A stretch of DNA of 59,377 nt from a virus (lineage: Duplodnaviria; Caudoviricetes). Shown piece after piece: positions 16,473 through 24,464 of the stretch. Each line of letters starts with the position of its first letter. The stretch's first letter is position 1. A program made the translations under genes and the position numbers. A model generated the notes under the pieces. The model had not been told where the DNA came from. It did no database searches and saw nothing but the letters and a program-made list of their open reading frames with translations. The stretch is from positions 1 to 59,377 of IMG/VR virus record IMGVR_UViG_3300005805_000096; one strand, 5' to 3'.

Positions 16473-18176
16473 TTATAAAACTGGTGCTGCTCCTGCTTCT
16501 GTACCACCTGGAGTCGCTGGGGCTGCGCCTACCTCTGCTCCAGGTGCTGGACCTTCAACTGATTCTGGTGGTACAGCAGCTTCTAAGTCACTGGCTAACC
16601 CACCTGGACTTATACCAACACTACGCAGACTTGCATCTTGCGCTGGCGCTTTTTCTGTATCACCCTGTTCTTCAGCCCACATACGCTCATTATCTGCCAT
16701 TTCTTCTTCAGTTAGACCCAAGTAACGTGTTAACAAGAATCGCTTGCTGAGATATGGGAATTGTTCTAATGACGTAAAGCTTCCAATACGTGCTGTATCT
16801 AATTCAGCTTGTCTATAGCTGGCAAAGTTTTGTGGTTCATTGAACTGTAATTCAAACAAACTGCCGTCAATATTAATACCGCGCCAACGTAGGAAAAGTT
16901 TAAATTCATGATCTAATTTTTCACACACCATACGCTGTAAACGCATACAGTATTGATTAAACCGCCATTCTTGAATTAATGCTGTACCAACTCGTCCATC
17001 AGCAAAACTGTTTGGATTGCTAGTACCATCATCCATACCAGTTGGCAAATAGCTAGCTGGAATACGTAATCCTCTAAACAATTTATTTGTGAAGAAATGT
17101 AAGTCTGTGATCTCACCTAGATTCTGCCCACCCGGTAATGGTTCAACACTGGATCCTCTTCCATCAGCAGTGACTGGGAAGAAAAAGTCTTCGTTTGTAC
17201 TTAATGGATTATAGGTAGCATCCATCATATTCTGACCACCACCAGTTTGAGTTGGTATTCTACGTTGATGTACCTCGTTCTTAACTCGTTCAACAAAAGC
17301 CATAGCCATATGACTAGGCATGTTACCTACGTCAATTTTAAATACTCTACGTTCTGGTGCACGTTGCACACGATAAATGATAATAGCATCTTCCAACAAT
17401 TCTTTTTGTTTGAAAACTTTAAACACATTCTCTAATACTGAATTACCAAACGGCCAACTAAAGTCTAATCCCTCAGTGAGACTTAGATGTACAATGTGTT
17501 CTGCATTAATTGCTGTTTCATTCTGTGCTTGACTAAAACGTGAACCACCACTGTAAGGTGTTTTTGGTTGAATATAAGCACCGTTGGATCCACCAACCTG
17601 TGGATGATTAACACTGATATCGTTGGTGTTTATCTGTGTAGCCGTTAAGTCCATAAAATTTGGCGCAAGATCTTTAACTAGATATTGTTCAGGTTTCTTA
17701 CCTTCAGCCTCATTTACAATAACTTTAGTAATCTTGCTCATCTCAACCCAAAACAATTTAAATGTTTCTGGGTCACGGATAAAAATTTGATCTCCGTATT
17801 TAATGGTATTACGGAAAATCTTAAATGTACGTTTGTTTAATTCATTAAGGTTTACCCATTGATTTAATTGCTCACGTATAATATTAATTTCGTTGTCAGT
17901 GGGTTTTTCACGCCAATAAAAGCTAAAACTAGTGCCATTTTCTTCATTGCGTTGAGTGCTAAATTCAGCAAGAATATCTAGAGCAGCATTAACTTCGCTG
18001 TCCATATCCATTTGTTCATATTGATTATATCGTTCTATGCGATTTGGATGACCAATGTAAACTTCTGGTAAATTGCTTTGATAATTTTTGTAACCAAATT
18101 GTGGAGCATTGCTGCCATTAATTGGGCTCACTGCTCCAGTTACGTTAGCTGTTCTAAAATATTTTTTCCAACTCAT
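16473..18176 (-). CDS. gp20: Portal vertex protein (gp20-like)
   Basis: LLEDAIIIYRVQRAPERRVFKIDVGNMP, EDFFFP…GRGS.VE.LPGG.NLGEI.DL; TAAATA at 18201-18196. Confidence 0.97.
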   Translation of the reverse strand: MSWKKYFRTANVTGAVSPINGSNAPQFGYKNYQSNLPEVYIGHPNRIERYNQYEQMDMDSEVNAALDILAEFSTQRNEENGTSFSFYWREKPTDNEINIIREQLNQWVNLNELNKRTFKIFRNTIKYGDQIFIRDPETFKLFWVEMSKITKVIVNEAEGKKPEQYLVKDLAPNFMDLTATQINTNDISVNHPQVGGSNGAYIQPKTPYSGGSRFSQAQNETAINAEHIVHLSLTEGLDFSWPFGNSVLENVFKVFKQKELLEDAIIIYRVQRAPERRVFKIDVGNMPSHMAMAFVERVKNEVHQRRIPTQTGGGQNMMDATYNPLSTNEDFFFPVTADGRGSSVEPLPGGQNLGEITDLHFFTNKLFRGLRIPASYLPTGMDDGTSNPNSFADGRVGTALIQEWRFNQYCMRLQRMVCEKLDHEFKLFLRWRGINIDGSLFELQFNEPQNFASYRQAELDTARIGSFTSLEQFPYLSKRFLLTRYLGLTEEEMADNERMWAEEQGDTEKAPAQDASLRSVGISPGGLASDLEAAVPPESVEGPAPGAEVGAAPATPGGTEAGAAPVL

Positions 18177-18206
18177 AGGTGATCTCTCAGTAAGATATTT
18201 ATCATT

Positions 18207-20261
18207 TTACATGGTTGCCGTCAATATCTTTTCTTGTACATATTTTGTATCTCTTAGTTCATCCAACATTTCACTGGAAATAGTAACCTGCTGCTGTAAA
18301 ACGCTGACCAACGGTGATAAGTCTAAATTAGTTGGTATAGATCTACCATCAGGCAGTGGAACCACAGCTTCTGGTCCTGCTTCGCCAGCAATAGATGGTG
18401 AATTAACTATGCCACCCAATGCTTGTAGTGGTAATTGTCTAGGTGTAAATCCAGGCACTTGTAATCTTCCCTCAGGGGCAGGTGTAATAGGTGGTGCTTT
18501 AGGAACACCATACCCCAAAGCTTTTAAAGCGTCATCAATTTTCTTTACCATTCCATCAGTAGTTGAGATTGCTGCGTTTGCAAAATATGCAATTGGATTA
18601 TAAAGATGTTGCTGTAATGCAGCCTGCATACCTTCAAAGGCCGTACTAGCTTTCACTACGCTATTAGTTAACTTATCAGTGGTATTTTTTTGCTCTTCTG
18701 CTGTTTGGCTAGCATCTAAAAATCCTTTTGCGGTAGCACTAAATGCTGCCCTCTGAGCCATAGCTAACGATTCAGATTCTTCAACATATTTATTGATCAG
18801 TAATCCTGGTTGACCAAATAGTTGAGATAAGCTTTGTAGTCTTTGAGCTAATGCAGGATTTGATATAGCCTTTTGAAAATTTTCTCTAGCCTGTTTTGAC
18901 GTTATTCTATCATCTTTAACATCAGCTATATATTGTTGCATAGCTTGCATCAGTTCAGGCACTTGTTCATATGCTGTGGCAATTTGTGTATTAGTTATCC
19001 GACCAGCCACAAGAATCTGTTGAAGTGCTAATGTTCCGCTTTTCCCTAATTTTGCACCAACCAATGAAGCAGCATCACCAAATTTGGTAGCGGCAGTAGC
19101 TCCTAATTCATTCAATTTACCTTGGACAGCAAATTGAGCAGAAGCGTCACGAGCTCGTTCTTGAAGTTTTTTAGCATCTTCCCCGGTTAAACTAGATATT
19201 ACTCGTAAATTGGTTAGATATGCTTCAGTTTCATCGCTTAATTGTATAGCAGTTTTACTTTCTAGTTTTCCTACTCTAGACAATATTGCAAGATACTCTG
19301 CTGTGCCTTGTATTTGGTCTTCAGTAGAAATTCCTAATCGCTTTAGACTTTCTCTAACGTTAATACTCATTTTGCCAAATGTCTCACTAACCTTTAGAGC
19401 ACCAGCGCCAGCATTGCCACCAATCATGACCAAATCAGCTGCTGATCCTTTTAATGCGTCAAAAAATACTTTATAGTCAACACCTGCTTTGGTAATTTCT
19501 TGTGATAATGCACCCATACCGTTGCCAAAAATTATTCCAACCCTACTGATTTCATTAAATGTTGTTATTGTTTTTAATATTTCAGTAGTTAATACTTCAA
19601 CACCAAATTGTGCAAGTTCTTTTGCTTTTTCAGAGGCGTATTCTGCTGCACCACCTAATCCGTATAGGATACCTCCTGTAACGGCAGTAGCGGCACCGGC
19701 CGCGCCGGCGGCTGATGACATCATCAGTAAAGAACCCATGCTTTGAAGACCTTTACTAAAAGTCTGCGCTGACTGGTGGGTTTTTTCTAATCCGGTTGTT
19801 AATAATTTTGAAGTCATTGAAAATGCATTACCATTATTTTGAAGTTCTGATACCACTGTCTTAGTAGCACTGATAACGAGATCCACCGCACCTTTAAACA
19901 TTCCTTCAAAAGCATTTAATGATCCAGTTATGGCCATATCTTTTAAGGCTTGACTCTTAATGCTGGCTAAACGTTGTTTGGTTTCTTCATCAATTACTTG
20001 ACCAGATCGTCTCATTTGACGTTCATATTCATATGCAGTCTTTAGAGAATCTTTCGCAGTAACAGTGCCATCTTTGATAGCTTCATCTAGTTCTTCAATA
20101 CCTTTACTGGCACGTTGATATTTTCTAGTTAACACCTCTAGAGACTTTGCCTCTTTGTCTAAAGCATCACCAAAAGCACCAGTACTCTTGTTTGTCTTTT
20201 CCATAGTACTTTGTAAAGCTTCAAGCAGTTTGACTAGTGCTTCTTTAATTTCTTCATTCAT
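18207..20261 (-). CDS. Tape-measure-like protein
   Basis: Ala/Gly-rich helical protein; C-terminal ALGGIV…AGEAGPEAVVPL motif; adjacent to gp26/gp51. Confidence 0.7.
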   Translation of the reverse strand: MNEEIKEALVKLLEALQSTMEKTNKSTGAFGDALDKEAKSLEVLTRKYQRASKGIEELDEAIKDGTVTAKDSLKTAYEYERQMRRSGQVIDEETKQRLASIKSQALKDMAITGSLNAFEGMFKGAVDLVISATKTVVSELQNNGNAFSMTSKLLTTGLEKTHQSAQTFSKGLQSMGSLLMMSSAAGAAGAATAVTGGILYGLGGAAEYASEKAKELAQFGVEVLTTEILKTITTFNEISRVGIIFGNGMGALSQEITKAGVDYKVFFDALKGSAADLVMIGGNAGAGALKVSETFGKMSINVRESLKRLGISTEDQIQGTAEYLAILSRVGKLESKTAIQLSDETEAYLTNLRVISSLTGEDAKKLQERARDASAQFAVQGKLNELGATAATKFGDAASLVGAKLGKSGTLALQQILVAGRITNTQIATAYEQVPELMQAMQQYIADVKDDRITSKQARENFQKAISNPALAQRLQSLSQLFGQPGLLINKYVEESESLAMAQRAAFSATAKGFLDASQTAEEQKNTTDKLTNSVVKASTAFEGMQAALQQHLYNPIAYFANAAISTTDGMVKKIDDALKALGYGVPKAPPITPAPEGRLQVPGFTPRQLPLQALGGIVNSPSIAGEAGPEAVVPLPDGRSIPTNLDLSPLVSVLQQQVTISSEMLDELRDTKYVQEKILTATM

Positions 20262-20273
20262 TTTTTGAACCCA

Positions 20274-20300
20274 TAAATAATGTTATATCAATTATTTATA
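20274..20300. promoter_or_regulatory. Overlapping face-to-face late promoter motifs
   Basis: TAAATA on + at 20274-20279 and TATAAATA on - at 20300-20293, serving divergent genes. Confidence 0.55.
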
Positions 20301-20312
20301 AGGATTCAATGC

Positions 20313-21161
20313 ATGGAAACCAAGTCCAATAACCCTCTGCACAAATATTTTAGACAACCCGTGATCTACTTGAAATTGCCCAGCGAAGGACAATTTTACC
20401 CAGCAGAAAGTTTGGAAATGCCAATTTCTAAAGAATTACCGGTTTATCCGTTGACTTCTAGAGACGAAATTACTTTACGTACACCTGATGCTTTGATTAA
20501 CGGTAGCAGTGTGGTAGAAATCATCCAAAGCTGCATCCCAAATATCAAAAATGCTTGGCAGGTGCTCAATGTTGATTTAGATGCTATTTTTATAGCCATT
20601 AGAATTGCTAGCTATGGACACAATATGGAATTGTCTGTAACTTGTCCAGACTGCAAAGAAGCTCAAAATTATCAAATTGATCTTAGAAACTCTCTAGCAA
20701 AAATACAAAGTCCTAATTACACCGCCTTACACAATGTGGGTCCACTTAAGGTAAAGATGAAACCACAGAGCTATCAGACTATAAACAAAATCAACAACCT
20801 AAGGTTTGAGGAAGTAAAAATATCAGAACAGTTGAATAAATCAAACTACAATGAATTAGATCAGTTAAACTTTATAAAAGAGCAAATGAGAAAGGTTAAT
20901 GATTTGAATTTAGAAGGTTTGGCTGATGGTACAGAATATATTCAAACTCCAGACAATGAAATCGTAAACAACAAAGATTTTATTTTGGATTTTTACAAAA
21001 ATGCTGATGCAGCTACAATCTCAGGCATTGAAAATCTATATCAAGCAATAAGCAAGGATGGGGGTAGTAAAGTAGAAACCTTTACCTGCGGTAAATGCCA
21101 AAAAGAATTCCAAAGTGGAATAGAGTTTGATTACTCCAATTTTTTCGTCAAAGGCTCTTGA
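20313..21161 (+). CDS. gp26: Baseplate hub subunit (gp26-like)
   Basis: LPS.G..Y, T..DEI…PDAL.NG, D.DAI.IAIRIASYG, two CxxC pairs, terminal NFF. Start ATG 20313 after AGGA. Confidence 0.85.
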   Translation: METKSNNPLHKYFRQPVIYLKLPSEGQFYPAESLEMPISKELPVYPLTSRDEITLRTPDALINGSSVVEIIQSCIPNIKNAWQVLNVDLDAIFIAIRIASYGHNMELSVTCPDCKEAQNYQIDLRNSLAKIQSPNYTALHNVGPLKVKMKPQSYQTINKINNLRFEEVKISEQLNKSNYNELDQLNFIKEQMRKVNDLNLEGLADGTEYIQTPDNEIVNNKDFILDFYKNADAATISGIENLYQAISKDGGSKVETFTCGKCQKEFQSGIEFDYSNFFVKGS

Positions 21162-21379
21162 CTTTAACTGACGAAGAATCCATTACGGACTTCCTAGATA
21201 AATTAGATAAAGAGTCAAGAGCCATCAAAAAAGAAACATTAGAACTTTGTTGGTATATGCGTGGTGGAATCACTTATGACGAAGCTATGCATCTCAGTCT
21301 CACTGAGAGAAATATTATAATGGACATTGTGGAAGATCATTTGGAAGTTACAAAGAAAACACAAATGCCATTCTTTTAA
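21158..21379 (+). CDS. gp51: Baseplate hub assembly protein (gp51-like)
   Basis: CWYMRGGITY.EA..LS..ER.II motif; follows gp26. Confidence 0.8.
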   Translation: MTLTDEESITDFLDKLDKESRAIKKETLELCWYMRGGITYDEAMHLSLTERNIIMDIVEDHLEVTKKTQMPFF

Positions 21380-21431
21380 GACTTGCTACGCAAGTCTATC
21401 ACTTTCGCTATCGCTCAGTGATATTTTTTTT
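21379..21431 (+). terminator. Double hairpin plus T-run after gp51 (probable terminator)
   Basis: AGACTTGC-TAC-GCAAGTCT, then ATCACT…AGTGAT, then a run of T's at about 21424-21431. Confidence 0.55.
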
Positions 21432-21444
21432 CTATTATTGTAGT

Positions 21445-21800
21445 TGAAATAGTTCATCCAGATTAATCAGTCACAATTCGCCCGCTAGGGGCGAAAAAAT
21501 GATATGCTTCATCCGAGTAGCACAGTCACTGGTATAAAGAGATTGTTATTATAATAACACGGAGGCGGTTGATCGGTACCCCCTACTCTAGCATCGCTTA
21601 TTGTCAACGGGCGCTTTATTATACGTACCAGCAGCATAATAAAACGTTGGGATGTATCTGTTTCACAGAGCCCAAATCATTCAGACCTTGAGTATAGTTC
21701 CTAATTCTGCAACACCCGAGCTCTTCTGACGGCAATGGCAATTAAATCCAGCAGTCTCAACGGGGGTCTAGCTGCCTAGACCAAACAAGGTTGCTATGTA
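21445..21800 (-). ncRNA. Putative large structured non-coding RNA (unassigned family)
   Basis: ORF-free, relatively GC-rich interval with at least 6 hairpins, long-range helices and a possible pseudoknot; G-U pairs favour the minus strand. Confidence 0.6.
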
Positions 21801-21804
21801 ATGC

Positions 21805-22314
21805 TTATTCTAAACTAAAAAAGAAACTATTATCTAAATCTAAAATGTTTGATAGCTTGTAAACGAAATATTCTTTATATTGTAAACAGGGTGTTATTGA
21901 GCCATGAAGGAGTTGATCGGTTATTACTATTTCTTCTACATTGTTGTATTTGATTATTAATGCCATAAGTTTGTTTGAGTTTTGTGCATCCTGTTGTGCC
22001 TGTTTTATCCAATGGTCCCAATCAGTGATAGAGTTATTTATGATGTTTTGAAATTTTGGTGCTGTCTTATAATGCTTACATTCAATACTGAATTTAAAAT
22101 TGCGAGGGCAGATAAGATCGCCAAAAATGGCATAATCCATACTATGTGTTTCTGTTCTAGCTGTGTTTGTACCACCAAAGTAACTTCCACTGTCAGGATT
22201 TCTGCGAAAAGCTTGAGTTATGCCCAGATGCTCTGCAAAACGCTGACTTAGAAGATTAGCAATTTTTCTTTCGAAAGTGCTACCTTTGTTTTTGCCGTTT
22301 ACGCCCTTTGCCAT
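21805..22314 (-). CDS. Holliday junction resolvase-like PD-(D/E)XK nuclease
   Basis: KG..FER.IA..L…R.P.SG…GDL…IECK.Y motif set. Confidence 0.8.
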   Translation of the reverse strand: MAKGVNGKNKGSTFERKIANLLSQRFAEHLGITQAFRRNPDSGSYFGGTNTARTETHSMDYAIFGDLICPRNFKFSIECKHYKTAPKFQNIINNSITDWDHWIKQAQQDAQNSNKLMALIIKYNNVEEIVITDQLLHGSITPCLQYKEYFVYKLSNILDLDNSFFFSLE

Positions 22315-22500
22315 TTATTTTGCTGACATTTCATTCTTTTTAGTTTGAATTTCCTGTCGGCGTTGCTTGGTTAACTTACCCAAATCACCCAAAGCTTTTC
22401 TAGCTCTAGCGGCAGCGGCTTTTACACCCTTGCCCTCAAATGCTTCGTGCTCTTTGATATAAGCTTCCATTAATGCTACCATTTGTTGATGTGTATCCAT
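22315..22500 (-). CDS. Small basic protein, histone H1-like Hc1 family
   Basis: FE.KG.KAAA.RARKAL..L.KL.K..R.EIQ; GGAG SD before ATG 22500. Confidence 0.7.
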   Translation of the reverse strand: MDTHQQMVALMEAYIKEHEAFEGKGVKAAAARARKALGDLGKLTKQRRQEIQTKKNEMSAK

Positions 22501-22533
22501 GTTACTACTCCTTTGCAAGTAATTAGTCCTCGT

Positions 22534-23586
22534 TTAGCTACCCAAAATTTTCTGTTGATTTACAAAATAATCATGGTTTTCAATTAAACTTACTAAACTG
22601 ATAGTTGGTTTGTAATCTGTCATCTTAGCTTTGGGAGAAATCGTATCCCAATAACTATGTGCTTCTAAGAGATAATCGCTGGCTAACCCATAATAACCTA
22701 CATCACAAGGCTGTAACTTAAAATAATCACACCAATGAGTTTGTCGCTGCTTGATAATGTCAATTATAGTTTGCTGCGGAATATCTAAAAATCTATTTAA
22801 AACTGCAAAATTAAGTCTATTCTGATACTCTCTTTTTAATTTTATGGTCTGAAAATCATTTAAGGGTAGCCTACTATATCTAATCCCAGCAGGAACTCCT
22901 TGCAATGGAAAAATTTTACTGCACCCAAAACTGATATTTTCTATAGCTGGGCTAGAAAAATCATATACTACCTTGCTGGTCACTACACTGAAGCAAGCAT
23001 CTATTAACACAGGAATTTGCAAATCTTCACATTGATTCAACAAATTCTGCATGTTTGGATGTATGGCGCCATACCCACTGAAAGGTGCACTGATTAATAA
23101 TGCATCACCTTTGGCCAAAGGAACATCCTCAACATAACTCCAATTGAAATTATTGGCTTCTAATTGCTGCACATTATAAATCCACTCACCCTTGCATATT
23201 TTTATATGTTTGTTCCTATGACGAAGGTAAAATAAATCAAAAGCCTGTGTATTGCCATCTATAGCATCAACATAGTCAAACTGACCTAATCCTAGATAAA
23301 GGTTGGCGGTATTGTGTAACCAATTTTTAAATTTATCAACAGTGTTATCTACAATCTGTGTATCTCTAGACACCCATAAATCCAAAGGTTGAGATAACTG
23401 TGTTAAGCTGGGAGGCAATAACAAGGGTCTAGTACCAATATAAACATATTTCTTTCGTTGATATAGATCCTCAATCTTGTTGCTGGTTGCTAGGTTACAA
23501 GTAAATTCACCATTGTAGATTTTACGTTGCTGTTCACCTATAGCAATAAGCCAAGCAAAAGTATCTAATAGATCAAATCTTGTCAT
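22534..23586 (-). CDS. PLP-dependent (fold type I) aminotransferase-like enzyme
   Basis: G.TQAFD, S.PFS..G, VLIDACF, SFGCSK.F…GIRY (putative PLP lysine). Confidence 0.65.
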   Translation of the reverse strand: MTRFDLLDTFAWLIAIGEQQRKIYNGEFTCNLATSNKIEDLYQRKKYVYIGTRPLLLPPSLTQLSQPLDLWVSRDTQIVDNTVDKFKNWLHNTANLYLGLGQFDYVDAIDGNTQAFDLFYLRHRNKHIKICKGEWIYNVQQLEANNFNWSYVEDVPLAKGDALLISAPFSGYGAIHPNMQNLLNQCEDLQIPVLIDACFSVVTSKVVYDFSSPAIENISFGCSKIFPLQGVPAGIRYSRLPLNDFQTIKLKREYQNRLNFAVLNRFLDIPQQTIIDIIKQRQTHWCDYFKLQPCDVGYYGLASDYLLEAHSYWDTISPKAKMTDYKPTISLVSLIENHDYFVNQQKILGS

Positions 23587-24464
23587 AGAATTATAGTTTT
23601 TTGAAATTGATTGCCAAAACTATCATTTCCGTCTTTAACGCCGCAGGTATTTTTACAAATCCTGTTTGGAGTATTAGTCCAACTTTGTATCAATTCATTA
23701 AATCTGTTTGATAAATCATAGTCTGATTGTTGAAATCCTTGCCAACAACAAGGGTGCCACTTGCCCATAGCATCAACATAAATGCTTTGTTCAGCTAAGG
23801 CTCTACATTTAATATCGGTGCTTTCTATCACAGGATCTTTATAGTTTTTTGGTGGTTTTAAAAAAGGTATAGGTGTAGATTTGTGACGTCTGCTGACTTT
23901 AACTTGAAATCTATTAAATTTCATTTTATTTGCTAACTTTAATGCCTGCTCAACTTGATGTTCGTTGTGTTCAAATACCAACATATCCCAATGCGCTTGC
24001 CCACCCGCAGAAATAAACGCTTCTGCGTTTTCCATAATCCTATACCATTGAGTATTAATTCTATAAATGTGATTGGTATCCTCCAGCCCATCAATGCTAA
24101 AAGTGACCCAATCTCTAGGTCCATTTAGCACAGATGCTAGTTCACCCCACCATTTTGGTGACCTTATACTGCCATTGGTATTCATACCTAAGGTGATATT
24201 TGGATTCACTGATTTAAAATATTGAAAGATTTGTAAGGTATCTCTAGCAGCAGCTGGATCACCATAATTACCGCACATAAACATCTTAGTCAATTGACCG
24301 ATAAATTGCTGCGAGAACAAACTCTTACATTTACCTAAGGATAACTCAGCATAGGTGAACTTTTTAAAAGTTCTAGGACATTGTGGACAGGCTGCATTAC
24401 AAACCGTAGTTGGTTCTAGATGCAAGATTTTAATATTCTGAAGATCAAAAGTATTAGCTGACAT
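23583..24464 (-). CDS. Radical SAM protein with C-terminal SPASM/twitch-like Cys cluster
   Basis: CNAACPQC; GNYGDP, TNGS, FSIDGL; C…PCCW…C..TC. Confidence 0.9.
   Translation of the reverse strand: MSANTFDLQNIKILHLEPTTVCNAACPQCPRTFKKFTYAELSLGKCKSLFSQQFIGQLTKMFMCGNYGDPAAARDTLQIFQYFKSVNPNITLGMNTNGSIRSPKWWGELASVLNGPRDWVTFSIDGLEDTNHIYRINTQWYRIMENAEAFISAGGQAHWDMLVFEHNEHQVEQALKLANKMKFNRFQVKVSRRHKSTPIPFLKPPKNYKDPVIESTDIKCRALAEQSIYVDAMGKWHPCCWQGFQQSDYDLSNRFNELIQSWTNTPNRICKNTCGVKDGNDSFGNQFQKTIIL

Noticed and set aside
21380-21804. tRNA, tmRNA or group I intron
   Set aside because: No cloverleaf/T-loop with CCA end or tmRNA termini found by eye, and the element does not interrupt a gene. A covariance-model search is still needed.
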